DNA of 64,000 bases from Fibrobacteria bacterium (GCA_043745805.1 JAYTSD010000046.1:32001-96000), one strand, 5' to 3'. Shown: positions 40,850 through 51,256, counted from the stretch's first letter. The notes: generated by a model not told the origin, from the letters alone. Translations and numbers: made by a program.

Positions 40850-41237
40850 TTTGATTTCCTTTTTTAGCAATAAAAATCATTTTCTTAAAAATAACCTTAT
40901 ATATGTCATATTGTAAAGTGATCGCAGATGATTTTCCTATAAAAATTTGAATTATTTAATAATAATCCGATATTTTTACTTTTAAAAACAAAATTTATCA
41001 GGTTATTAAAGTCAAAGTTGTTATATTTCAGGAACTAAGTGTCTAAATATTGGTATTTAATCTTTAAAAAAACTCTAAACTTTAAATTATGTCCCTGAAA
41101 TTAAGGATAAAAAGGGTGAATTCTAAATCATCCTATCAAAAGCAGGAAATAACAGAGTTAATAAGAGCATCCTTTTTGTGATGGGCATCATCATTTAATT
41201 TCTCTGCAAAATCCATTTTTGGACAAGGAGACGAATT

Positions 41238-41906
41238 ATGATTTTCAAAAACCTTGCTAAAGAAGAACAGCCCAGAGAAAAATTGGAAATAAAAGGGGCA
41301 GGAGAATTAAGCACACAGGAGTTACTCGCTATTGTTTTGGGAAAAGGCGGAAAAGGAAAAGATGTTTTACAATTAGCGGAAGAGGTGGTGCGATATTTGG
41401 AAAGTACTGGGGAAATTAATTTAACGCATCTATGTAAGATATCCGGAATTGGTAAAGCCAAGGCTTGTCAAATTTTAGCGAGCTTAGAATTCTCCCGCCG
41501 CTTTCTTTTCGTTAAACGCCGTATTCAGATCAAAACACCATTAGATGCTTTGCCGGCATTATGCCATTTGAAATACAGCGCACAAGAAGAATTCGTGGTA
41601 TTGACATTGGATGGTGCCCATCAATTGATCCGTATGCATATTGTGACCAAGGGTTTGGTGAATCAAAGTCAAATTCATCCGCGGGAAACTTTTTATCCGG
41701 CCATTCAAGATAATGCGGTAAGTATTATGGTGGCGCATAATCATCCTTCGGGTAACATGCAAGCTTCGGAGTCGGATCTGGAAGCGACGCGACGCTTAGT
41801 GGCTGCGGGAGAAACCATGGGCATAGGTTTATTGGATCATTTGATTATTACCCGCAATGGCTATTTGTCGATTCGCGAAAAACATCCGCGTTGTTTTGTT
41901 TTGTAA
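41238..41906 (+). CDS. radC: RadC/JAB domain protein
   Basis: PREKL..GA..LS..ELLA, GIGKAKA, HPRE, AHNHPSG, S.SD, LDHLII. Confidence 0.93.
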   Translation: MIFKNLAKEEQPREKLEIKGAGELSTQELLAIVLGKGGKGKDVLQLAEEVVRYLESTGEINLTHLCKISGIGKAKACQILASLEFSRRFLFVKRRIQIKTPLDALPALCHLKYSAQEEFVVLTLDGAHQLIRMHIVTKGLVNQSQIHPRETFYPAIQDNAVSIMVAHNHPSGNMQASESDLEATRRLVAAGETMGIGLLDHLIITRNGYLSIREKHPRCFVL

Positions 41907-41948
41907 CGCGGAATCACCCAAATAGGGTAATAATAATTTTCAAATAAA

Positions 41949-42380
41949 TTATTGACGAGTAAATTGGATAAAGGCAACGCCTGGAAATTTTAAGCCTTGT
42001 GATGCGGCCTGATGCGCCATTTGGCCACGATGATGAAATCCATGAGTACATAAATGCAGTAATATATCTTCTACTGAAGTGCGGCCTGGATCACCAGCTA
42101 AGGTTTTGTAATGAATTTCACTAGTGGTTTCCGATTTTAATAGAGCGTTTAACTTTTGCGAGTTTTCTTGCCATAGACTTAATATTGTGGCTTTGTCTAG
42201 GATTTCAAAAACCTGGGCATCTAAGTTTTCGTTTTTAATTCGCTGTAACCAGATCTTTTCAGCCTTCAATATATGGCTTATTAATTTCCATTGATATTCG
42301 TCGTTTGGAGCAGAGGCAAAAACCCATTCGAGCGCTTGTTTATTGGCCCAGAGACTTTGAGCGATAATTTTTTCAAGCAT
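41949..42380 (-). CDS. DinB/YfiT family protein
   Basis: WAN, SHILKAEKIWLQR, DILLHL..HGFHHRGQ. Confidence 0.85.
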   Translation of the reverse strand: MLEKIIAQSLWANKQALEWVFASAPNDEYQWKLISHILKAEKIWLQRIKNENLDAQVFEILDKATILSLWQENSQKLNALLKSETTSEIHYKTLAGDPGRTSVEDILLHLCTHGFHHRGQMAHQAASQGLKFPGVAFIQFTRQ

Positions 42381-42485
42381 ATTTTCCCTAGAATTAAAAG
42401 TGAAATAGAGAAGGTCTTTGAGGTACGATTAAGCGCAACCAAAAAGACACTATTTAAGAGATTAAGAAAATATTAAGACAAGAAC

Positions 42486-42986
42486 TTATTTCACAGCGGC
42501 GAGTGCTGCAACATAATTGGGTTCTTGTGTGATTTCAGGAACTTGTTCGGTATAAATTACCTTACCGCTTCCATCTACAATCACAATTGCACGAGATAAA
42601 AGCCCAGCCATACCACTTTCGGCTATGGTTACTCCATATTGCTTATCAAACGAGTTATCGCGTAAAGAAGATGTGGTGATAACTTTTTCAATGCCTTCGG
42701 CGCCACAAAAGCGTTTTAAGGCAAATGGCGTATCCTTGGAAACACCTATGACCACGGTATTGACTAATTCTGAAGCTTCTTGATTGAATTTGCGTACCGA
42801 CATAGAACAAATTCCGGTATCAATACTAGGGAAAATATTTAAAATGACTTTTTTGCCGGCAAAGTCTTTAAGGGTGATATCCGATAAATCGGATTTGGTA
42901 AGTTTGAAATCGGGCGCTTGAGATCCTACGCTAGGAAGTTCGCCAATGGTATTAATGGAATTGCCTTTGAGTGTAATTTGTGCCAT
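42486..42986 (-). CDS. tpx: Thiol peroxidase
   Basis: NIFPSIDTGIC, PFALKRFCGAEG, EITQEPNY. Confidence 0.96.
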   Translation of the reverse strand: MAQITLKGNSINTIGELPSVGSQAPDFKLTKSDLSDITLKDFAGKKVILNIFPSIDTGICSMSVRKFNQEASELVNTVVIGVSKDTPFALKRFCGAEGIEKVITTSSLRDNSFDKQYGVTIAESGMAGLLSRAIVIVDGSGKVIYTEQVPEITQEPNYVAALAAVK

Positions 42987-43269
42987 GTGTTTCTTTCATA
43001 TTTCGTTTCGGAAAAATCCGAATTGGTGTTCAAGCCGTAAATATAGCTAATCCATGATTGTGAAGGTGAGAAAACTGAATTTGTCAGCCTATAAATGTCC
43101 GAAATTGTAAGAATGTTGGGCGTTGTAAAAAAATGGAAATCTCAATTGTAACATCGTCGCTACAACTGAAAAATTTGAGGTTACCTCAATGTCACAATTT
43201 GCTAAGGCTTGTAATACTGAAATCTGTATTAATAAATATATAATAAATAATATTACTATCATTTTCGAT

Positions 43270-43298
43270 TTGACTTTCGTCTAAAAAACAGCGATACT
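43270..43298 (+). promoter_or_regulatory. Putative sigma70 promoter TTGACT-N17-GATACT
   Basis: Canonical spacing, 35 bp upstream of the small ORF at 43334. Confidence 0.45.
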
Positions 43299-43333
43299 AT
43301 TATCAGCTAAATCAATTTCGAAAAGGAAATATT

Positions 43334-43501
43334 ATGAGCGAAAATGCACAATCCACTTGGAGTCAAATGATACCCTCTCTAAAATCATCAATGAGCCATG
43401 CAAAAAATGAAAATCCTGAATATCAAAAAATCGCCATGCTTATGGTGATAACCGAAAATCTGCAAAAACGCTTGGATGCAAAAATCAAGTTAAAATACTA
43501 A
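43334..43501 (+). CDS. Small hypothetical protein (55 aa), not in the ORF track
   Basis: MSENAQSTWSQMIPSLKSSMSHAKNENPEYQKIAMLMVITENLQKRLDAKIKLKY; AAAGGA RBS and promoter upstream. Confidence 0.55.
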   Translation: MSENAQSTWSQMIPSLKSSMSHAKNENPEYQKIAMLMVITENLQKRLDAKIKLKY

Positions 43502-43512
43502 ATCCTTTTTAA

Positions 43513-44133
43513 CTAATACTTAAATCCGTATTGGCCTAAATTAAGCAAAAGACTTTGAAACTTATCATCCTCTATAGAGTGATAAAAACCATAAAGCGCT
43601 TGATTGAAAGTAAATGCCAACGGGCTTGCTTTGGTGGCCGAACCTACCGTAATTTGTTTTAAGCCGGTAGTCGGAGAATACCACAATACAGAAATATTGT
43701 AGCCAGAATTGTTCATCGAGGAAGTCATCTCAGTTTTAAAATTATGCAGTAAGGATTTTAAGGAGTCAATGAATAAGGTATCTCCTAAATGAGTCAGGCG
43801 GAAAATGCTCACACTATCGACGCGTTCGTTTAAGTTGGTAATGGAATCATGATATTGGCCTTTGATTAAAAAAGTCAATAATCCGTTTTGAAAACGTAGA
43901 ATATGCGTAAACCCAATAGTTCCAGTGGTATTACTCGCGTTAATGATTAAGCAAGAATCTGAATTGGAAATGATTTGCATTTCGATTTTGGGATATTCAT
44001 GCAATTCACTAATAGGGAAGCTAATCACATCATGCATGGCATTGGGCTTATACTCGGCTTGAGTATGCAAATGCGTATAAATGAGCATCACCAAAAGCAA
44101 TAGAATTGTTACTTGATAAAAGCGATGCGACAT
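43513..44133 (-). CDS. Hypothetical secreted or membrane-anchored protein
   Basis: Hydrophobic N-terminus; starts 4 bp after the hemL stop. Confidence 0.6.
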   Translation of the reverse strand: MSHRFYQVTILLLLVMLIYTHLHTQAEYKPNAMHDVISFPISELHEYPKIEMQIISNSDSCLIINASNTTGTIGFTHILRFQNGLLTFLIKGQYHDSITNLNERVDSVSIFRLTHLGDTLFIDSLKSLLHNFKTEMTSSMNNSGYNISVLWYSPTTGLKQITVGSATKASPLAFTFNQALYGFYHSIEDDKFQSLLLNLGQYGFKY

Positions 44134-44137
44134 TGTG

Positions 44138-45418
44138 TTATAAGTTCGCTATCACTTTTTTAGTGGCGAAAGAAACCTTCTCTAAAACCGCATCATTATG
44201 CGCCGCAGAAATAAAAGCCGCTTCAAATTGTGAGGGCGCTAAATAAATCCCTTCGTCTAACATACCGCGAAAAAACTTTCCATACATTTCTGTGTCACAA
44301 GTTAAGGCACTAGCATAGTCCATAATAGCATTTGCGGAAAAAAATAAAGTCATCATCGATCCTACGCGATTAATAGTGGTTTTAAGCGGCGAGCCTTGCA
44401 AGGCTTCGTGCAAACCCTTTTCCCATTTCGCGGCTCTTTGTTCTAGGTTGGCATAAAATCCTGGTTTTTCGATTTCGTTTAAAGTGGCCAAGCCAGCAGC
44501 CGTAGCAAGTGGGTTACCGGATAAAGTTCCCGCTTGGTAAACAGGTCCTAAAGGACTGAGTTTATCCATAATGTCGGCATGACCGCCATAAGCGGCCAAG
44601 GGAAGGCCGCCACCAATAACTTTCCCCATGGTGGTGAGGTCGGGTTTAATGCCATATAAACCTTGCGCGCCTTGTAGGCTTACGCGAAAGCCAGTCATCA
44701 CTTCATCTAAAATTAATAAGCTTTGATATTGATCGCAAAGCGTACGCAAGCCATTTAAAAACCCCGATGCAGGAATAATAACACCCATGTTACCTACAAT
44801 GGGTTCTACAATAATGGCGGCTATTTGTGTGGGATTGGCAATAAATAAGGCGTCGACAGAATTTAAATCATTGAAGTCGGCCAATAAGGTATCTTGTGCG
44901 GCACCTGCGGTTACGCCGGGACTTGAGGGATGGCCAAAAGTTAAGGCGCCCGAACCCGCTGCAATTAAAAAGCTGTCGCCATGCCCATGATAACAGCCTT
45001 TGAATTTGATGATTTTATCTCTTTGTGTAAAGCCGCGTGCTAAGCGTACGGCGCTCATGGTGGCTTCCGTCCCGGAGTTTACCAAACGCACTTTTTCAAC
45101 CGAAGGAAGTATAGCACAAATTTTTTCCGCGATTTCGGTTTCGGCTTCGGTGCAGGCTCCAAAGCTTGCGCCTTTTTGTGCCGCTTCAACAATCGCATTA
45201 ACGACTGCGGGATGGGTATGTCCTAATATCATCGGACCCCAGGAACCTACAAAGTCAATGTATTCTTTGCCCTCGGCATCGTATAAATAAGGGCCTTTTG
45301 CAGATCGAATAAAAATAGGATTGCGGCCTACGGATTTAAATGCTCTGACCGGTGAATTGACCCCACCTGGAATAAAGCGTTGGGCTTTTTCAAATAGGGT
45401 ATCTTGAAAGTTACGCAT
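44138..45418 (-). CDS. hemL: Glutamate-1-semialdehyde 2,1-aminomutase
   Basis: PGGVNSPVRAF, NSGTEATM, GCYHGH, DEVMTGFR, GKVIGGG, GTLSGNP, APSQFE. Confidence 0.97.
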   Translation of the reverse strand: MRNFQDTLFEKAQRFIPGGVNSPVRAFKSVGRNPIFIRSAKGPYLYDAEGKEYIDFVGSWGPMILGHTHPAVVNAIVEAAQKGASFGACTEAETEIAEKICAILPSVEKVRLVNSGTEATMSAVRLARGFTQRDKIIKFKGCYHGHGDSFLIAAGSGALTFGHPSSPGVTAGAAQDTLLADFNDLNSVDALFIANPTQIAAIIVEPIVGNMGVIIPASGFLNGLRTLCDQYQSLLILDEVMTGFRVSLQGAQGLYGIKPDLTTMGKVIGGGLPLAAYGGHADIMDKLSPLGPVYQAGTLSGNPLATAAGLATLNEIEKPGFYANLEQRAAKWEKGLHEALQGSPLKTTINRVGSMMTLFFSANAIMDYASALTCDTEMYGKFFRGMLDEGIYLAPSQFEAAFISAAHNDAVLEKVSFATKKVIANL

Positions 45419-45428
45419 AATGTTTCCT

Positions 45429-46157
45429 TTAAAAATTTAAGGCGGCTACTAAACCTGCATTGTCGGCGGATTTAGCTTCGCGAAAATGGGTATAACCTAA
45501 TTGGTTTAACGTTTTGGATGTGGAGGGTCCAATGGAAATAATGGTTTTATGGGACTGGTTTTTTAAAGAGGCTGCCAATTTGGGGACGGACATAGAAAAA
45601 TGTTCCACCGCAGAACCGGAACAAAAAAGAATGGCCTCCAAGTCCTCCCAATTCGCTTGTAATTGCTCGGCGGCTTGAGGGGGACAAAGTGGGGCATAAA
45701 CCGGCAGATTTTGTATGACAATGCCTTTTGGTGCAAAGGTAGCGGGGCTTAATTTCGTGATGAATGAGCAAGGATGCAGCCAATGCTCAGGTTTTTTAAC
45801 TTGGATTTCCTGAAGGAAACCTTCTAAAGAAGCTATTTGTGGAATGAAACTTGGGGTAGCGCCCAAGGGATGTAATTTGGGAAGGCTTTGTTTTCCAATC
45901 AAGTAAATCGGCTTGGAGAACCATCCAGCTTTTTCTTGAATACTTAAAGCCTTTGCAAAATACTCTATGCCATTGGGGCTGGAAAAAAAGAGACCGTTAA
46001 ATTGCTCGGGATTTAAGGTGGCGATATGATTTGCCGATTCAGGTATTGCTGCAATTTCCAATAAGGGAATTTCTACGGCTACAAAGCCAGCGGCCATTAA
46101 TGCTTCACTTAGCGCCGCAGCTTGTCCCAGGGGACGGGAATTTAAAACCCGTTTCAA
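45429..46157 (-). CDS. hemD: Uroporphyrinogen-III synthase
   Basis: VLNSRP, IPLLEI, FSSPNG, FCSGSAV, SIGPSTS; between hemC and hemL. Confidence 0.88.
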   Translation of the reverse strand: MKRVLNSRPLGQAAALSEALMAAGFVAVEIPLLEIAAIPESANHIATLNPEQFNGLFFSSPNGIEYFAKALSIQEKAGWFSKPIYLIGKQSLPKLHPLGATPSFIPQIASLEGFLQEIQVKKPEHWLHPCSFITKLSPATFAPKGIVIQNLPVYAPLCPPQAAEQLQANWEDLEAILFCSGSAVEHFSMSVPKLAASLKNQSHKTIISIGPSTSKTLNQLGYTHFREAKSADNAGLVAALNF

Positions 46158-47128
46158 GCCTCACCTTTCAAAAGATGATGAGGAGGTAAATCTTTAGGAA
46201 TAGGAATATTTTTCTCTTTACATTCTTCCAAAATTTTCCAGGTAACGTCTTCGAGCAAAAAGTCGAGATCATCCATACTTCCATTTTGTTCCACGCGAGC
46301 GATATTGCCTGTTTGCGGATCGCCGAGCATGGCCATAAACCTTAAGCCATCGCCATAAGGATAAGCATGGGCCGCCATAGGGATTTTACAGCCTCCTCCC
46401 ACGGCTTTCATAAATTGACGCTCCAAGGTTACTGCCTCGGTGGTAATTTCATCCCGGAGCACGGAAAGAATTTCTTGCGTTTCCTCATCCTCTTCGCGGC
46501 ATTCCAAGGCTAAGGCCGCTTGGCCGATCGCCGGAATCATATCCGAAAAAGAAATGGAATGAATGGTAACTTCTTTGTTACTGCCATTTATTCCCAAGCG
46601 ATTTAACCCAGCGGCGGCTAAAATTACTCCATCGAGTTCGCCTTCAGTAACTTTGCGGATACGGGTTTCCACATTCCCACGTAAGTCTTGAAAAGTTAAA
46701 TCGGGACGTAAAGCTTTAAGTTGCAAAACTCGACGAGGTGAGCCAGTGCCGATTTTGGCGCCTTTAGGTAAATCGCGAAATTTTAATCCTTTAGAAACAA
46801 AAACATCACGTGCATCTTCACGTTCAGGAAAACAACAGAGCATTAATCCCGCAGGTTCTTCTTCAGGAACATCTTTAAGCGAATGTATAGCGCAGTCAAT
46901 TTCTTTAGACAATAAAGCCATTTGCAATTCTTTCACAAAAACGCCCATGCCCGCAAAGGCATGTAATTTGGTTTTTTGATCGAGGTCACCCGAAGTCTTA
47001 ATGATTTTTAATTCAATCTCCAAATCGGGATGCGCTTCTTGTAGCAGCGCCAAGGTTTGTTTGCTTTGAGTTAAGGCGAGATCGCTACCGCGACTTCCCA
47101 CAATTAATTTTGTTTTACTTTGGGTCAT
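46154..47128 (-). CDS. hemC: Hydroxymethylbilane synthase
   Basis: GSRGSDLAL.Q, FVKEL, HSLKDVP, GTGSPRR, RGNVETR, GGGCKIP; track start 47200. Confidence 0.96.
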   Translation of the reverse strand: MTQSKTKLIVGSRGSDLALTQSKQTLALLQEAHPDLEIELKIIKTSGDLDQKTKLHAFAGMGVFVKELQMALLSKEIDCAIHSLKDVPEEEPAGLMLCCFPEREDARDVFVSKGLKFRDLPKGAKIGTGSPRRVLQLKALRPDLTFQDLRGNVETRIRKVTEGELDGVILAAAGLNRLGINGSNKEVTIHSISFSDMIPAIGQAALALECREEDEETQEILSVLRDEITTEAVTLERQFMKAVGGGCKIPMAAHAYPYGDGLRFMAMLGDPQTGNIARVEQNGSMDDLDFLLEDVTWKILEECKEKNIPIPKDLPPHHLLKGEA

Positions 47129-48437
47129 GACATTTTTCTTCATTGAGGGAGAATAACATTTCGGCATAGTAACTGGCGCGTTTACTTTCACCCAGTTCAC
47201 CCATTTGCTTAAGGCCGGTAGTGGGTGGATGCAAAAATTTTTGCATTAAACTTTTACCAAAAGCTTCCATTTGCTTTTGCACTTCAGGGCTTTGCTGAGC
47301 GGCCCATTTTGTGATTTCTTGGGATGTGATTTTTTCGTATTTTTCGCGTAACTTGCGAATGAGAGGAATGATTTCTAAGGAGTGAAACCAATTTTCTACT
47401 TTCACCAATTCTTCTTCGATAATAGCTTGGGCTTTTTCGGAAGCAATTTTTCGATGATTTACATTTTCATGCACCACATTTTTTAAATCGTCGATACTAA
47501 AAAGAAATACATTGTATACCGACCCTGCTTGGGGATCAATGTCGCGTGGAGCTGCGATATCAATGAGAAAAAGCGGATTACCATTTTTTTGTTTGACAGC
47601 ATCTTGTACTTGTTGTTTATGAATCACAATGTCGGGTGAACCCGTTGCGGAAATGAGAATATCGCATTCGTACAACCGTTTAGGTAAATCCTGAAGGAGC
47701 GAAACTTGCCCTCCAAATTGGGCCGCTAGCTTTTCCGCTGAACCTAAGGAACGATTGAAGAAAATAAATTTATGCACGCCGGCACGATGTAAATGCTGTG
47801 CCGCTAATTCTCCCATTTCGCCTGCGCCTACCAGTCCAACCGTTCGGCCAGGTAAATTACCTAAAACTTTTTTCGCCAATTCTACGGCCGCATAACTTAT
47901 GGAAACAGCGCCTTCATGTATACTAGTTTCACTATGTACACGCTTGCCGGTATGTAAGCCGGTTTGGAAAATATGATTGAAATAAAAATCCACGGTTTGA
48001 TTTTGCACGGCTTGTGCATAAGCCTCTTTGAGTTGACCAAAGATTTGCATTTCACCTAGCACTAAACTATCGAGCGAACTAATCACTCGAAATAAATGGG
48101 CGATGGCCGGTTTATGCACGTGAAAGTAGCAGTGATTGCGAATTTCATCTTCGCTAATGCCTTTTTTATCGGCCCAAACCTTTTCTAAGCCCTTACGACA
48201 CTCTTCAGGATGGGACGTAATAGCATAGATTTCTGAGCGATTGCAGGTGGATAAAACGACCACTTCACGCATACCGGGTATGGCTAAAAGCTGTTTACTA
48301 AACTCGGGGATTTCGGGATCTTTAACTAATAATTTATCTCTTAAATCCACCGAACCGGTAAGATGATTCACACCAATTACTATGGTATGAAATGCATCTT
48401 TTCCCAAGGTGTTTGGGGAATTTTGTGCTCCAGCCAT
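47115..48437 (-). CDS. hemA: Glutamyl-tRNA reductase
   Basis: STCNRSE, LDSLVLGE.QIFGQ, GAGEMG, DIAAPRD. Confidence 0.96.
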   Translation of the reverse strand: MAGAQNSPNTLGKDAFHTIVIGVNHLTGSVDLRDKLLVKDPEIPEFSKQLLAIPGMREVVVLSTCNRSEIYAITSHPEECRKGLEKVWADKKGISEDEIRNHCYFHVHKPAIAHLFRVISSLDSLVLGEMQIFGQLKEAYAQAVQNQTVDFYFNHIFQTGLHTGKRVHSETSIHEGAVSISYAAVELAKKVLGNLPGRTVGLVGAGEMGELAAQHLHRAGVHKFIFFNRSLGSAEKLAAQFGGQVSLLQDLPKRLYECDILISATGSPDIVIHKQQVQDAVKQKNGNPLFLIDIAAPRDIDPQAGSVYNVFLFSIDDLKNVVHENVNHRKIASEKAQAIIEEELVKVENWFHSLEIIPLIRKLREKYEKITSQEITKWAAQQSPEVQKQMEAFGKSLMQKFLHPPTTGLKQMGELGESKRASYYAEMLFSLNEEKCHDPK

Positions 48438-49243
48438 TAGGAATTGTATCCGTGAACATTAAATAAATGCATAGCCAAAAGAATGAAAAACCCCAGTAAT
48501 ACAATCAAGGCAAATCTCTGCCCACGTAGACCGATTAAACGACGGGCAATTAAAGCACCAGCAAAAACGATTAGCACTAAATAAATACTGAATTCATGTA
48601 AGGACATCCCACGCAAATCACCTTTATGCACCCACCACCAGCCGAGTAATGAACTAATAGTCATGGTTATGCTACCGAGCAAGCACCATATGGCCGAGAG
48701 TTTATCGAGCTTTTCTAAAGGCGGGAGTTGGCGAAAGGTATGATCAAAGTTTTTGTTTTTTAATTTGCGATATAGTAATAAATACATGCTCGCCAAAACG
48801 GTGGCGACACTAAAACAAGCATACGAAGATAAGCTAGCAACAATATGAAAAATGAAAAATGAGCTACGTAACTCGGGAGGGAAACTAAAATCCAAATTAA
48901 GAAAAACGGATCCCGCAGTTACCCCGAGCGTAATAGGAAGTAAGGTGAAAAACCCCAGTCGATTTGTGCCGGCCCACATTTCTGAGGCAATGTGAAAAAA
49001 TACTACCATCCAAGCCCAAAATAAAGCGCCCTCACCCCAAGTTCCTAACGGACAACGTTTGAAATAAGCCGCAATCAAAAACAAAAATGCAGAGTGTAAA
49101 GCGATAACCACATAGAGGCGGCTTTTGGCCGCTTTAACAAAATGCTGATCTTGTTCGGAAAAAAATAAGCGTGCGTGAGTCCACGTTACCCAAGCATAAG
49201 CCAATGGTAAAAATAATCGAAAAATATTAAGCGTTGTTTCCAT
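48437..49243 (-). CDS. Cytochrome c biogenesis CcsA/HemX-like membrane protein
   Basis: Polytopic membrane protein; FIFHI, LPPLEKLD; coupled to hemA by a 1-bp overlap. Confidence 0.8.
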   Translation of the reverse strand: METTLNIFRLFLPLAYAWVTWTHARLFFSEQDQHFVKAAKSRLYVVIALHSAFLFLIAAYFKRCPLGTWGEGALFWAWMVVFFHIASEMWAGTNRLGFFTLLPITLGVTAGSVFLNLDFSFPPELRSSFFIFHIVASLSSYACFSVATVLASMYLLLYRKLKNKNFDHTFRQLPPLEKLDKLSAIWCLLGSITMTISSLLGWWWVHKGDLRGMSLHEFSIYLVLIVFAGALIARRLIGLRGQRFALIVLLGFFILLAMHLFNVHGYNS

Positions 49244-49312
49244 GACTACAAAATAGTAATTGCGACTGGTCTACAATTGCATTCGGTAATCATGGTCAGA
49301 GAGGTTTGTTAA

Positions 49313-49618
49313 TTATAAACCTGGGATTTGTAAGCCCTTAGTGACGCCGCCCATTTTCTCTTGTGATGCTTCATCAACCTTGGCTTTAACCGCATTCACT
49401 GCGGCCACTATTAAATCTTCTAAGGCTTCGACATCATCGGGATCAACGGCTTCCTTAGAGATTTTAATTTCTTGCAATTCAAATTTGCCATTCATCACGG
49501 CTTTAACCGCTCCTCCACCCATTTCTGCGGTGAAATTGGAGCTTTCCATTTCTTCCTGAATGCGGGACATTTTACCCTGCATTTTTTGCAATTCTTTCAT
49601 CATTTTTTGCATATTCAT
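49313..49618 (-). CDS. ybaB: YbaB/EbfC nucleoid-associated protein
   Basis: GGGAVKAVMNG, VDPDDVEALEDLIVAAVN; downstream of dnaX. Confidence 0.95.
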   Translation of the reverse strand: MNMQKMMKELQKMQGKMSRIQEEMESSNFTAEMGGGAVKAVMNGKFELQEIKISKEAVDPDDVEALEDLIVAAVNAVKAKVDEASQEKMGGVTKGLQIPGL

Positions 49619-49639
49619 TGGAGTTCTCCTAATTGATGT

Positions 49640-51256
49640 TTAATCGACAAGACGTGCTTGAAATAAATTTTGTAGGGTTTGAATAATCGGTTCACGATTA
49701 ATTAATTCTTGCAATGAAATTTCTGGAGTCATGGAGGGCGATCCCCAAGCTTCCGGAATACCCAAATTGGAAATAGATTTTGTGAGCGCTGTCGATACCA
49801 CTGTCGATGGCATAGGCCTTACCTGAAGTTTTTCTTCAGGTAACTCAATTGTTACGGTATATTCCTCCGTGGGAGGAGGTGCCGTATTTTCTTGGAGTGT
49901 CATTTCGGATTCAGCTGCAGGATTTGCGGAGGAAGATTCTTCTGCTTGAGGGCGAATAGTTTTTAACTCCACCGTTTTAATGGGCACCATAATGTCGGAT
50001 GCGGTAGTAACCGCGGGCGTCGTGAAATTCGAGACGGGAATAGTAGCCGGCTCAAGAGCTAAAGTATTAAGCGGCGTTAGATTTTTTTTTTTGCCGACTT
50101 CACTTGAGCTGTCGGAGGGGATTGAGGAGGGTTTTTCACCTGCTAATAAAGCCGATAAGGTCACCACTTTATCAAGATGCGCCATGCGCGCAAACCCCAA
50201 TTCCACGGCTAAGCGCGGATGCACCGCATGACGTAATCCGCTGAGTATATCGGAGACTATTTTAGCATAACGTAAAATATCACCATCTTTTAATTCGTTA
50301 GCTAAGCTGCGTAGTTTTTGCCAACGATTTTCGCTTAAACCTAATTGAAGTGCCGTAGATCCTTCTTGACGTGCAAAAAGTAAATCCCGCAAAAACTCAC
50401 CAAAGCCAATTAAAAATTCGGAGTTCTCGATACCTAATCCTTGATACTGTTCGATCACGGCGAAGCAAGCGGAAGGTTCATGAGTAAGCAAACCGGAGAG
50501 CATATTTTCAAATAATTCTTCGGGTGGAATTCCCAATACTTTTTGTACGGCGGCAAAATTTAAGTCGGATCCAGAAAAAGCGTATACTTGATCAAAAAGA
50601 CTTAATGCATCACGCATACTGCCATCGGCTTTGCGGGCGATAGTTTCTAAGGCGATAAGCTCAGGCTGAATATTTTCTTCTTTGCAAATAAATTCTAAAC
50701 GACCACGAATATGCGCTTCGGAAATTCTTTTAAAATCAAAACGTTGTACACGCGATAAAATAGTATGCGGCACTTTATTGGATTCGGTGGTGGCAAAAAT
50801 AAACACCACATGCGGTGGTGGTTCTTCTAAAGTTTTTAATAAAGCATTGAAGGCCGGCTTAGAAAGCATATGTACTTCATCGATGATATATACTTTGTAC
50901 TTGCCTTGCATGGGCGCATACTTCACTTGCTCGCGCAGTTCACGAATATTATCCACACTATTATTTGACGCGCCATCGATTTCCAAAACATCCATGGAAT
51001 TGCCAGCCCCCACGGCTATACAATTTTGACAGACTTCGCAGGGCTTGGGAGTTGGCCCGTTTAAACAATTTAAAGCTTTAGCCAAAATACGTGCGGAAGT
51101 GGTTTTGCCCACGCCACGTGTACCTGTAAACAAATAAGCATGACCAATTCGTCCGCCTTCTATGGCATTGCGAATCGTTTGTGCAATATGATCTTGTCCA
51201 ACCATTTCTTCAAAATTACGTGGCCGCCATTTGCGAGCCATTACCATATATGACAT
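49640..51256 (-). CDS. dnaX: DNA polymerase III subunit gamma/tau
   Basis: ARKWRP, GTRGVGKTT, EIDGASN, IIDEVHMLS, KTLEEPP, GSMRDALS. Confidence 0.97.
   Translation of the reverse strand: MSYMVMARKWRPRNFEEMVGQDHIAQTIRNAIEGGRIGHAYLFTGTRGVGKTTSARILAKALNCLNGPTPKPCEVCQNCIAVGAGNSMDVLEIDGASNNSVDNIRELREQVKYAPMQGKYKVYIIDEVHMLSKPAFNALLKTLEEPPPHVVFIFATTESNKVPHTILSRVQRFDFKRISEAHIRGRLEFICKEENIQPELIALETIARKADGSMRDALSLFDQVYAFSGSDLNFAAVQKVLGIPPEELFENMLSGLLTHEPSACFAVIEQYQGLGIENSEFLIGFGEFLRDLLFARQEGSTALQLGLSENRWQKLRSLANELKDGDILRYAKIVSDILSGLRHAVHPRLAVELGFARMAHLDKVVTLSALLAGEKPSSIPSDSSSEVGKKKNLTPLNTLALEPATIPVSNFTTPAVTTASDIMVPIKTVELKTIRPQAEESSSANPAAESEMTLQENTAPPPTEEYTVTIELPEEKLQVRPMPSTVVSTALTKSISNLGIPEAWGSPSMTPEISLQELINREPIIQTLQNLFQARLVD
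50082..50092 (-). other. A11 slippery run in dnaX, candidate recoding site
   Basis: Sense strand GGC AAA AAA AAA AAT CTA ACG CCG CTT AA; both alternative frames stop within 5 codons. Confidence 0.7.

Noticed and set aside
41123..41194. Leu-rich 23-aa minus-strand ORF (MMMPITKRMLLLTLLFPAFDRMI) upstream of ilvB as an attenuator leader
   Set aside because: About 270 bp from ilvB with no GC-rich terminator or antiterminator downstream and only a weak RBS
41238..41906. radC as marker of a mobile element
   Set aside because: Full-length chromosomal-type RadC with no mobile genes nearby
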